Source of the DNA: Macrostomum lignano
Lineage: Eukaryota
DNA length: 64,000 nucleotides
Assembly (NCBI GenBank): GCA_002269645.1
Contig: NIVC01001907.1
Span: 124,001-188,000, forward strand
Direction: 5' to 3'
Shown here piece by piece: positions 12,889 through 24,984 of this stretch. Under the pieces are notes generated by a model. It was not told the DNA's origin. It ran no database searches and worked only from the letters and a program-made list of their open reading frames with translations. Each line of letters begins with the position of its first letter. Within the stretch, counting starts at the first letter, position 1. The position numbers and the translations under genes were made by a program.

Positions 12889-13989
12889 TTGTTTTAGTTG
12901 AGCAGCAGGTTGCGGGCTGGAGCTAACTTAGATTGGGTAGTTGCGCTTGATACGACGTTGACGTTGCGAGCCGTGGGCCTTGGTAAGTGAAATCAAAGGG
13001 CAGTCCCTGTCGTTTAAATAAGCGATAGAGAGGTCTACATAGAGGGCTTGTGATTGGTGTTTCAGCTGTATGGGGTGGGTGGGTTGGGGGTGATGAAATG
13101 ACTTTTCACTCTCTTGCCCCTAGCTAAACGCTCATTGGCTGGCAGAGTTTAGAGTAAGAGATTGGCTTCGCTAAATGGCTTTAAGGGTCCTGTTTTGTTT
13201 GGACTGGATTTAAGACCGGTGCGAAAAATAACCACCGATCAAATTCCTTTTAGTGGTAATCAACTCAGCCCTAAGTTAAGACAGCCTATATTTCATGTAC
13301 TTCAGTTCAATGTACAAAGTAAGGAGGGGTACATTCTATTTTCACAAGTTGCAGGCAGGCGCTAATAATTTGTTTTTATTTTCGATTCATAAGTCAGACA
13401 TTCATTTTGCATGGGTGAATCAGGGAGTTGTTAGGACAGTAAAATAAGTCATCAATCAACAAAACATTTGCTAAAAATGAACTTTTCAAAATGGAAACAA
13501 GTAAATATACTCAGCAAAATGGAAAAGTCGCCACCCTTTGCCCCAGTGAGCAGTGTATTTTGACCAGCGTTTAATTGTCACCTGGCCAACCATTTTGATA
13601 ATAAAAAATGCTTGAAAAACACAATGAAACCGGGCGGCAGCTTCAATCCATCCAATATTCGCTCTCCGCTCTTCCCAGCCCAACTCTGCGCCGCGTGGCG
13701 CAAGTTGTGTCACTCAAAAGTCAATATAGAGCTAAAATTCACCGCGTACTCTCAAGGGTGGCGACTTTTAGTTTTGTTGAGTATACTTCAGTAGATAAAG
13801 AACCGGGACAATAACATTGTTGATTTTCCATAAAAAATGGCACTTACAACCACAAGAAGTGTTTATAAATTGAAAAATGAAATTCCATGCGTATGTAGCT
13901 CGTTGTACCCGATTTTAAGACCAGTGGGGGTTCCGGAAACCGCACAGGACATATAGATAACAACAACAACAACAGAATACGCGTTCAGC

Positions 13990-14815
13990 ATCACAGGGCG
14001 CGCCTCAAGGCCAGGTCGCGAATGAACGCCACGCCGCCGGCCGATTCCGGGGCGCCGGCGTCTGCCAGCAGGCAGTCGACGAAACGCCGAGTGCGGGCCT
14101 GCCCCCGCTGGTAGGGTGCCTGCAGCGTTTAGCAGCAGCACATCCTGCACCGGCTGTGGGCAGTACGACTCGGCGCGGATGATATGTGACCTGCCAGCTG
14201 AAGTCGCCGATGGCGCGACAAGTCGCTTGGACGGATCCCAGGCCGGCGAGGTGATACAAAGCCGCTTTGGTCACTCGCTCGTAGCCGACCTTGAAGGCGG
14301 CGCGCAGCAGGCGAGCGTGCGCTGCGTCAACTTGTTGCTCGAGCGACTCCGTTAGCTGTGTCTAGGTCTCGGCTTTGTACAGCAGAACGGTCTCGATCAC
14401 CGCCTGGAACAATCGCCCTCAGGCGGTCAGGTAGGGCCTGAGACTGCAGGACTGCCCTCACAGAACGAAAGGCAGCCCAGGCAAGCCCGCAGCGACACCA
14501 ACAGGCCGACACTCGCCGCAACAGTCTAGCTTGTCCAGTTGTCGATGGCCGCCCTCGACAACTAGACAGCAGGGCGAGAGCGTCGGCGTAGCCAAAGCAC
14601 GCTGAGTCGCCTCTCTGGTTGACGTCGACCCACGCGTCGCCGCAACAGAAGCCGCGTCGTTGTTGGTAGGAAGAGTGGTCCGCAGCACCCAGCCAAGCAC
14701 CAGAACGAACAGGAACGGCGCAAGCGTATCTCCCTGAAACACCCTTGAGGATGTCTCAAAGAAGTCCGATAGGCCGTTCGGTGTTGAACAGCGGCATCGC
14801 GCCCCACAGTGTACA
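13990..14815 (-). mobile_element. Degenerate RTE-like LINE reverse transcriptase fragment
   Basis: QGDTLAPFLFVLVL.WVLR (RT motif) and the downstream LAWAAFRSVRAVLQ segment; multiple frameshifts. Confidence 0.8.
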
Positions 14816-15699
14816 TGTAGCTTTACAGTTTCTCACCTACATGTACTGTATGCACGCATTTCATTTTCGTTGATCGATTAGTAGTTAGAGCAAAAACATT
14901 CATTTTTTTATACGGAGACCATGCAAGCAGACAACCTGAGTAGCATATGACTCTAGCTGTTTGTCGAGTTTGCTTCTGCTAAAGATCCACACACGAGCTG
15001 TATTGTACAGAAATGACGAGGGGTGTCTGGAAAGTTCTGACACTTTTAATCAGTGGCATTGTGATGGGTTTTCACACAACTTTTGAATGAAATGACCAAA
15101 ATACACAGCCACGCGACTGAATTCGTTGGAAAGATCAAGAGATTTGCCGCTTTAAATTGACACCAAACTTGTGCTTGCAGCTGCTACTGCAGCTGTTGCT
15201 CTGGGATTATGGGTGGCATCGCTGAGATGTCAAGGGGGGAGGTTGATATGTTAAGGCTTGTGGGGAATTGCTGAGATATCAAAGCTTACAAGGGACTGCG
15301 AGGTATATTGCAAAGCAACGCTACATGCAGTTTATTAGAAAACTTGTACTGCATTCTTTGGCTCCCTAAAGGGGGGGGCGTTGATTGCTAGTAATCCGTA
15401 CACGTTAACTTCACAATCCTGCAGTCCTGTAATCCTGCCCATTAAGCCAATTCATGAAGATAATCTTGAGCAAGATAATAAGCAGCAAGATAAGAGCTAA
15501 TAGGAGCTGATAAGAGCAAGATAATACTGTACGCATGCACGCACTCTTACACACGCTTACACAGGGTGCACAGTGGCCCTGACTTTCTAATCGTCAGGCA
15601 TGTACTCTCTGTGCCTTGATCAAGAAGTTTTCGTGTACACAAGAGCCAAAATGAATGTGGGGTCGCGCGCACCGGATCAAACCAGGGGTTTGTGGCGCG

Positions 15700-17105
15700 A
15701 AGGGTGTTAGGGCCAGGTGCCACAGGGTGTTAGGGCCAGGGTGCTACAGGGTGTTAGGGCCAGGGTGCTACAGGGTGTTAGGGCCAGGGTGCCACAGGGT
15801 GTTAGGGCCAGGTGCCACAGGGTGTTAGGGCCAGGGTGCCACAGGGTGTTAGGGCCAGGTGCCACAGGGTGTTAGGGCCAGGGTGCCACAGGGTGTTAGG
15901 GCCAGGTGCCACAGGGTGTTAGGGCCAGGGTGCCACAGGGTGTTAGGGCCAGGGTGCCACAGGGTGTTAGGGCCAGGTGCCACAGGGTGTTAGGGCCAGG
16001 GTGCCACAGAGTGTTAGGGCCAGGTGCCACAGAGTGTTAGGGCCAGGGTGCTACAGGGTGTTAGGGCCAGGTGCCACAGGGTGTTAGGGCCAGTAAAGTA
16101 CAGGGTGTTAGGGCTAGTAAAGTACAGGGTGTTAGGGCCAGGGTGCCACAGGGTGTTAGGGCCAGGTGCCACAGGGTGTTAGGGCCAGGGTGCCACAGGG
16201 TGTTAGGGCCAGGGTGCCACAGGGTGTTAGGGCCAGGTGCCACAGGGTGTTAGGGCCAGGGTGCCACAGAGTGTTAGGGCCAGGTGCCACAGGGTGTTAG
16301 GGCCAGGGTGCTACAGGGTGTTAGGGCCAGGGTGCCACAGGGTGTTAGGGCCAGTAAAGTACAGGGTGTTAGGGCTAGTAAAGTACAGGGTGTTAGGGCC
16401 AGGGTGCCACAGGGTGTTAGGGCCAGGTGCCACAGGGTGTTAGGGCCAGGGTGCCACAGGTTGTTAGGGTTAGGGTGCCGCAGGGTGTTAGATCAAGGTG
16501 CTACAGGGTGTTAGGGTCAGGGTTCCACAGGGTGTTAGGGCCAGGGTGCCACAGGGTGTTAGGGCCAGGGTGCCACAGGGTGTTAGGGCCAGTAAAGTAC
16601 AGGGTGTTAGGGCTAGTAAAGTACAGGGTGTTAGGGCCAGGGTGCCAAAGGGTGTTAGGGTCAGTAAAGTACAGGGTGTTAGGGCTAGTAAAGTACAGGG
16701 TGTTAGGGCCAGGGTGCCACAGGGTGTTAGGGCCAGGTGCCACAGGTTGTTAGGGTTAGGGTGCCGCAGGGTGTTAGATCAAGGTGCTACAGGGTGTTAG
16801 GGCCAGGGTGCCAAAGGGTGTTAGGGTCAGTAAAGTACAGGGTGTTAGGGCTAGTAAAGTACAGGGTGTTAGGGTCAGGGTGCCGCAGGGTGTTAGATCA
16901 AGGTGCTACAGGGTGTTAGGGTCAGGGTGCCACATGGTGTTAGATCAAGGTGCTACAGGGTGTTAGGGTCAGGGTGCCACATGGTGTTAGATCAAGGTGC
17001 TACAGGGTGTTAGGGTCAGGGTGCCACATGGTGTTAGATCAAGGTGCTACAGGGTGTTAGGGTCAGGGTGCCACATGGTGTTAGATCAAGGTGCTACAAG
17101 GTGTT
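15700..17105. repeat. 23/24-nt G-rich minisatellite containing TTAGGG (GGGTGTTAGGGCCAGGGTGCCACA) with higher-order variants
   Basis: Direct; variant units (GTAAAGTACA, GATCAAGGTGCTACA) occur in clusters. Confidence 0.97.
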
Positions 17106-17480
17106 AGGGATAGGGAGTGTTTTGGGGTGAGGGGGGGGGGGCTTCTATAAGTCAGCGGTGCTAGAAGAGTTCCCAGTGAAACCAGCCCAAAAACCAGGCC
17201 TAAGTTCTAGCTTACAATCTCCATGTTTCAGGTTCTCAATTACTCGTATGACAAAATTAATCAGCTGTTTGAAGTCACCGTTAGTAGTCCAAGCCTCTGC
17301 AAAAAATCAGGCTACTGAAGCCTAAACAAAAAACTAACAAAAACAAGTACAAATCGCTATAATAAGCAAAACATTTCCAACAGTTCCAAACCGTTTCCTC
17401 TCTAACAAATCAGTCAATAGCTAGTGTATTTGTTGAACTAGTCCCATTCGTGAAAACGGCAACAATAGCGACGGTTCATT

Positions 17481-17906
17481 TCACTCCTGCTGCTCGTCAG
17501 TGCGCAGCTTCGAGCTGCCGTTCACAAGCCGGATGCCAAGCTGAGCAGCCCGCTCCACCATGCCTTTGCGCTTCTTGGAGCTCACCGTGTGCGCAATGAC
17601 CCCAGCATAACGCCTGTTCTCCATCATCAGCATCTCCAGCTCTCTAGCGTTGTGCACCAGCACGTGACGGAAGCCGTCCCTGTGAACGTGCTTAGTCCGC
17701 TTGTCGGATCCGAATCCAATCTGCGGCATCACCGACTGGCCTTTGAATTTCCTGCGCATCCGGTTGTCGATGCCTTTAGGCCGGCGCCAGCTTGGCTTGA
17801 CGCGGTCGTAACGATCGCTGTGGTGACGCTGGATGTGTTTGTTGCGCTTCTTAATGCACACAGGTTTGCGCAATGGTTTCACAGCATTGATACGCTTTGC
17901 TGCCAT
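17481..17906 (-). CDS. RPL32: 60S ribosomal protein L32 (eL32), divergent copy
   Basis: [62 protein letters not shown]. The start may be on an upstream exon (acceptor-like CTGAC...CATGGCAG). Confidence 0.95.
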   Translation of the reverse strand: MAAKRINAVKPLRKPVCIKKRNKHIQRHHSDRYDRVKPSWRRPKGIDNRMRRKFKGQSVMPQIGFGSDKRTKHVHRDGFRHVLVHNARELEMLMMENRRYAGVIAHTVSSKKRKGMVERAAQLGIRLVNGSSKLRTDEQQE

Positions 17907-20579
17907 GGCAACAGGTCAGTAGCATGCATATTTATGATCCAGTTTTTTTTGAGGAATTGCATTTGGAATGATGTAAATACCATTTTCAATTAAGCTAGAT
18001 TTGGACAGGAATACAGGATTCCTGATCCTAAACTTTTACCTTGCTAGACTAGGGAAATCAGCCAACATTCTCAATGTATCAATGTTGCTAAAAAATATGT
18101 CTAGATCACTTACTGGTCCTTTGCCTATGGCCCCAACCCTACCACCATTGTCACCACTCATATTAACCAAAAGGTGGCTTTAAAGCACACAGTGATATGT
18201 ATGCACACAGTTATTCCTTTAACTATTGGCAATCCTAAGTAGCTTTCAAATTTCCTTTCTTTGAACCTTTGTTCAAATGTTCAAAGTCTTGTTGCCTCCA
18301 ATAGATAGTCTAGATAATGGCCTTTATACTATCTAGAAAATTCTGGCATATTTTTGCCTTTACTGATAATCTTGGCATACACTTGACTTGGCATACAAAA
18401 TAGCCAAGTTCAAGCTTGGTGTATAAATAATATCATTAAATATCAATCAAGGAAAGCTTGGCATAGCAAAAATAAAAAAATGTAAATGCAACTTATAAGG
18501 AAAACAAAAATAAAGCAAAAACTTTTTAGCAAAAAATGCTTTAAAATTTAGGGCCTAGTAAAAGTCATTAATTTTTCTAAAAATATATCTTCTAAAAGTT
18601 TGCATATAAGGGGCCTAAGTGACAAAATTTATATAGGCCTAGAATTAAAAAAAAGAACTTTCATTTTGGCATATGCCTACCATAATCTAGATTACGCTAA
18701 GCTTATAGGTTGTATCTAGTTCCCAGTGAGCTCCACGAAACCCACAAACCCAAGGACACGCCGGCCGGCCGGTGCAAAGCACGTGTCCTTGGGTTTGTGG
18801 GGTGAGCGGAGCAAACGCGCGAGGCACAAACAGCCAGCCAATGCGCGAAGCGCATTGGGTGGTCTGGCTTGTGACGAATATAATAATATGAGACGTGTGC
18901 ATCGAAAAAATGACAAGAAAAATCTCACAAAAACTGCTGTAACTTCAAAACTACAAGTGCGAATTTCACAAGTGAGGTGTCATTTTAAAGAGAAGAATCT
19001 GATCTATTTAACGAGTATAGTTTTGTATAGATTCACTGCGGAAAAAAGGAACAGGCTTTAGTTTAAATGTTTGTCTTAAGATTATGTCTTTACAAAAGTG
19101 CATTTCCTCATGCACATTAAAACTCAAGCTAAAAATGTTCGAGGGTTATAGGTGCACCTTACTAAGATGCATAACATTATTGGGTTGTTTTTTTCAATTG
19201 TATCAAAAAGTTGGCACTTTGGTTGCAAAAAAATGCAAAAATTGGAAATGTACTTTTACAGTTTTTTGCATTTTTTTCTATACTGCTTATAGTTAAGCAT
19301 ACATACTATGCACCAATCGATGCGCAATTCAAAGACACACAAGTGTGGAAATTTTCAATTCCTAAACATTTGAAATCAGGAAGTTATCGACGAAAGACTA
19401 AAAATCATGATCTCAAACTGCTTTGAGGAAAAGTGCTCATTATAATTTTTGGAATATGGAAGAAACAATTCAACGCCATCATTTAATTCCAAACTAACTG
19501 TACTATAAGGTACTGCAATGATTTTTTTATTGAAAGAGCGAAACCTGTTTAAATATTTGAAAAATGGAAAAAAGTGACCTTTTTCATAGAAATACACTCT
19601 TTTGACTGCTTAATCCGATTTCCAACAACAAAATAGTTACTTTCCTGCTGGTGCAAACCATTATTAGGGTGAATTTTCAAAATTGCATACTGTGCGAAAA
19701 GTAAATTGAAGCTTAATATTTATAAACATTAGAAACGGGACCACTAATGGGTATTTTACTTTGGTTACTTACTATGGACTAAACTGGCACTGGCAGAGAC
19801 AGATTTGAGACTTGAGAGAAACTAATCGCTGCATTGTATTGTATTTGGCTCCAGCATTACAAATTACAATAGCTATTTCAGTGTCTAACTGGCTAAGTTA
19901 TCAAAAAAGCTAGGTACTAATCACCAGTTTGACCATCAGCTATACCTACCACGATTTTAGTCACATGCAATGCAACAGTAATACCCTCCTTTAAAAGTTT
20001 TCAATATCTAAAATGATGTGTTAAATTTCTTAAACAATTTCTTAAAATTCATAAACAGTGAAATTTTAGCTGGTTACGTGCTGGTGGTTTGAAAGAAGCT
20101 ACTTTTGTGCGCAAACAGCGTACATGTAAAATAAGAAGGGATTGGGTCCAGATAAGTCTTCCCAAATGTACATGTATGTACAAAGACAAACACTGACAAG
20201 AAAAATGGCTCTAAAAACCATTGTTATTGTTACACTGTGTGTGTCTAAATTTTTATTAACTTGACTTTGACTTGTCTTTACTCTAGCATGGTCAAGGATA
20301 ATTACTGTTATACTTCATACCAAATGTACAATTAATTGTATAAGATTAAGAAGGAATAATACAATCGAGGTCGAACCCATGATCACTTGACCCACCCACC
20401 CATGATCACTTCTGATTCTGACCTACATGTATCTACTATATCCTGCCAGTTTCTCCAGTTTTATGGGTCTTGGTGTTGGTGATTCGAGCAATTCCATTAT
20501 ATTTTATTGGTGCAGTGCGTCTATTAATGCTTAGCTACTTGTATTTGTGTTGCAGAACTTATGCTTGTAGTTTCCCTTC

Positions 20580-21366
20580 TAGGGATGTTGACCCTGGGAG
20601 TGCTCCCCGGGGAGCTTGTAGGGGAATACCGAATACTCTCCAGGGAATTGAACTGGGGACCCTGGAGAGAAAAAATATGAAAAAATGCATTTGTAACTTA
20701 ATTTTTGCCATTAAAATAAGAAACTGATTCACAGAAAGCTGATTGAAACTCTGTCTATGCTCTTTTACCGCATAATTGCTTATTTCAATGTATTACATGT
20801 ATTTCAAGCACAACACACGTTTGATTGTTTCTTCACTAATAAGTCATTCAATCAAGCAAATTGCACGTAGAAAAGAAACCCGTCAAGAAAAAGAAACCTT
20901 ACTGACTAGTGACTGCTGTGTTGGTCTGCATTGACGGCTTGACGCAGGCGCTGCGCTGCATCATGCGTCAGGCACTGATGCATAGGGGGGTGTCATACAT
21001 ATACTCCCTATTAGACAAGGACAAAATGGTGATTTACATATATATGCAAGAAATAAAATTCCGATTATAAAAACAGTCTCATTCATTAATTATCCTCTCA
21101 CGAGCGTAGCTGTTTAGCATGCATTCCAACAAATGCACCTTTCCGATAAAGGTGCGCGCACGATTTCGTGATGCTACATTGCCAAATACAGTTTTAAAAA
21201 ACATTGTTTAAAGTTTTTACCCCTGCGCCTTGAACATGTAGTACAAAGCTTAAATCAAAGTTTAAAAAAATCCACTTACAATCTAAGTTATCCGCCGTTT
21301 TTACTTATTTTTTTCTTTTCACCGGGGTCCCCAATAAGATAATTCCCTGGGGAATCGACATCCCTA
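20580..21366. mobile_element. Possible non-autonomous hAT-like element
   Basis: Inverted terminal blocks TAGGGATGT / ACATCCCTA, CCAGGGAATT / AATTCCCTGG and GGGGACCC / GGGTCCCC; the putative 8-bp TSD matches only 5 of 8. Confidence 0.45.
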
Positions 21367-24300
21367 ATTCCTTTCCTATAAATCATTTGACGTTAGAGAC
21401 ATTTTACAACTCTCGCCCTACTTTATTTATTAGGCTAACTTTATGTGTAACACGACACAAAATATTAGGAGCATCAGCGTTAATAATGCCTTGAAAGTCT
21501 TTAAATAATCAATACAACACTAGGTATTATAAAATTCCAACCCCAAAGCTCACTGGGGCGAAAAGACTTTGTCTTCATTAACTAGTTAGGAAAAAAACTT
21601 CAAAGATACAAAGTTGTGGTGAGACCTCATAATGAAAAAATATGTCATTTATAAAACAAATATTAGATATAACAAACATCAAATCAGGCTTAATCTGTAA
21701 CAAAAAGTAGAGATTTTTTGTTATCTCTTCTATATTTTAAGGCTTAGGTAAGCCAATTTATATCCATGCAAAATTGCAAATCTTGTTATACAATACAAAA
21801 AAGTTAAAAATTATGAAAAAATGAAACTATTTTTCTTATCAAAATTAAACTATACCACAATACCTAAATTGGTAGCAAGTCAATTTGCTGAAAGTTGTTT
21901 TGCTTAATAAATAAACAACAAACAAATAAATAAAATGAATAATGAAGAGAATATTGTTAAATGTTTAAATCAATCAAGGTTGTTTCATTGAACAAATAAA
22001 TAAAATTAACAAATGAAGAAATGAAATATTAATTATTAAAATGTAAAATGTCAAAATCAATCAATGACCCCAATAACAAATAAAGATAACATATACAATG
22101 TTTAAATGTTAAAATATAAAACATCCAATTCAATCAATAACCTTAAAAAACAAATAAATAAGGTACCATTTAGAATGTTGAGTGAAAAAAATGTAGACAT
22201 TGAAATTATTCCAAGACCCCATCAATGTCCCACACCATGTTGAGGCAGTTGCAGGCATACAGAAGGTGCTGTGCAGTTCAACTAGGGCCTAGTAATGAGG
22301 GAAAGGCAGAAAGGGGTGGAGTAGGTCCTACTTTGGCTACTATAATGTGCAAAAGTAGGAAAGAAAATTGTCTTTTGATATATATCAGCCTAATACATGC
22401 TATATAGCATATATGATATATGGCAATTGTTGTGCAAAAAATATTCTTGTCATATTTTATTTTCAATGTAATCAACATCAACTAAAAACTAAAAAAATTG
22501 AAGTCATTCATAAGTCATAACCTTATACACTGTAAAGTCTGATCTGAAGATTGCAGTTTAAGCTGAGAAAAATATATGTACAGGCCCAAATTGGCCAAGT
22601 TAGAGATGATATATTTGAGTTTCTGAAGTGAGCAATATGATATACATGAATCATGCTAACCAAGATAAGATATACATTTATATTAGATGTTAGGCCCTAG
22701 AATATCTCACTTATAAACAGTGAGATATGAACAGTGAGTGATACAGTATATTGCTTTTGAATTAGTGGATATTAGATTCCCAATCAGTAAATTTTTGGCA
22801 AATTTATTTTTGGCAAAAAGGTATTTGGCAAATTGACTTTTGGCAAAAAAGTTTTTGGTGAATCATTTAGTATTCCCTAAATAAAATGTCAAAGCTAAAA
22901 TACAATACAAAAACAAAACAATAATTCTAAAAATTTAAATAGGCCTTAACATGAACCATATAAAATTTAAGGTTAGGCTTATTTTTAGGCAGGCCTAATT
23001 TGATAAACCTAGAAGTAGGCTTAGGGGCCTAGTGCAAGTTTCCATTGTAAAATTAAACTCCTAGGGTATAATTAGATCCAATTAAGCATAGGGCCTAGGC
23101 CTAGACCTAGCTATAGTAGGGGGCTATAGCCACCAAAAAGCAGAAAACCAGATACACCCTGTCTGACTTGCTATGAGATATTAATAGTACTACGTCTAGG
23201 CCTCAACTTGCCAGTTATATTAGGCCTAGGCCCCCTACCACCTGGGGTTATTTGTATATTTTCAATGTGGAATTTGACAAGTTTTTAAATGCGTCAGACA
23301 TCGGATCGGGTTAGAAAGACTCGGAATCAGAGTCAGTGCTATTTGACATCCAGTCCTGGATTGACGGACCAACTAGCAATCGCCAATCGGCAATTGCCAA
23401 TATTAATAGCATCAGTGAAAAGTGCGGCCAACATCTCTAGAGCCTAGGGCCTAGCCTAGAATATACACTGCTAAGCCTTTATGATGCACATAAGTTAGCT
23501 ACCTTTTTATTTGTATTTGTACACTGATGACCCTTGGGGCCTGACGTCAACGACGACGAGCTAACCTTTACAAGTAGTAATATTAGTAGTAGTAAGTTGG
23601 CTGAGGCAAGAAGCCTCTTTGGCAAATATATTTCTGTGTATTTAAGATTACCTCAGGAATAGGAGACAATATTTTAGCATTAGTTATTTAATTACGATGA
23701 GTACAAGATCGCATACTTAAATTTGACAATTTAAGTTTTGACAAATTGTGTCAGTTATGTTTCCAAAATTATACTGCAAGATAATATGTTACACATTTAT
23801 CTATTTTATGTTTGTATTTATTGATAATAAGTAGTGTATACATTTTCTACATATTGCAATAGATATTTATTTATTAAAGCGCAGGACTCTCTTTCCAAGA
23901 ACTTGATGCTATTCAAATGCGTCCAAATTACTGTTTATTTAATAATATCAAATTCAAATTCAAGACATTGTGGGATTGGTGCATATGTTTAGTTTTCTTA
24001 TGGTAAATGTGGATGCTAATGTAATGTTATACCTGAAAGTTCTATTTCCCTAGTGTACACCAAGGCTCTTAGTGAAGAGCAAAAACAGACCTATGGTATG
24101 GTAGAATTTTCTGATATAAAAGCCATACATACTGTAGTTCTAAACTAGGCCTAGGGCCTATGGTTTATACTTTATAGGCCTTGAGAAGATAGAAAGCCTT
24201 GTGGTTGTGAGCTATTAGGATGGTCTTGTTAAGTAAATATACAAGGTAGGCCAAACTACTTCTTGACAAGTGATAAGAAAGAGTAGGCCTACCAGTACCA

Positions 24301-24541
24301 GTGGTTCAACTTCAGCAGTTTTAGCCTAGTTTATTATTTATATGCCTTGCCTGTCATTGACTGATTTTAGGGTTTTACATAAAAGCTGTCTAGTCAATGT
24401 TCCTGATATTTTTTTACAAGATGTTTAGTTTAGTTTAGGGCAATATGATTTTAACCTAAACAATAACAAAGTAGGCCTAAATAAAGTGTTATACAAATAA
24501 ATATTCCTTTTGATCTTACATTTTCTAGTCCTAGCCACCTA

Positions 24542-24984
24542 CCATAGCTGGGAAGGTGGCAGTTTTTGGTGAATTTTCCGGTGCAAATTGGCATTTTTTT
24601 GGCACACACAGCGCACACGGCGTACAAGGAAAAATTGGAAATGCTCTGGCGGCGCACATGGTGCATGGCGCTGAAAAAATATATAGTTACACTTTGTTAT
24701 ACTTTGCAAAATATATAGTGTCAGGCCTAATTCCATAATTCGTAAAATAAAATTACGTAAATTACGTGAATCATGATATAAAATATGTAAATGAAATTCA
24801 AATTTGTCTACCGTAAATTCCTTACGGTAGAATAAATACCTTACCTTACCTTACCTTACCTTAGACTTACCTTATCATGGTGCGCTGCTGCGCACAAAAT
24901 CTTTTCTTCATGGTGCACGGTGCACAGTGCTCAAAAGCCATCAAAATAGTTCCGGCGCACACTGTGCCACCTTCCCGACTATGG
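24542..24984. mobile_element. hAT-type MITE
   Basis: TIRs CCATAGCTGGGAAGGTGGCA / TGCCACCTTCCCGACTATGG, flanked by a perfect 8-bp TSD GCCACCTA (24534-24541 and 24985-24992). Confidence 0.88.

Noticed and set aside
15010-15190. Mariner-like terminal fragment (GACGAGGGGTGTCTGGAAAGTT)
   Set aside because: No matching second TIR or transposase remnant; too short to support.
15700-17105. CRISPR-like or telomere interpretation; PQGVRAR ORFs
   Set aside because: No unique spacers, eukaryotic context, and not pure (TTAGGG)n; the ORFs are repeat artefacts.
22210-23450. Short protein-like stretches (PINVPHHVEAVAGIQK; DSESESVLFDIQSWIDG)
   Set aside because: Could not be linked into a gene by splice phase, and no recognisable motif.
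23523-23560. Hammerhead ribozyme or C/D snoRNA (CTGATGA followed by a short stem)
   Set aside because: The GAAA core after stem II is missing, and there is no properly spaced D box or terminal stem.
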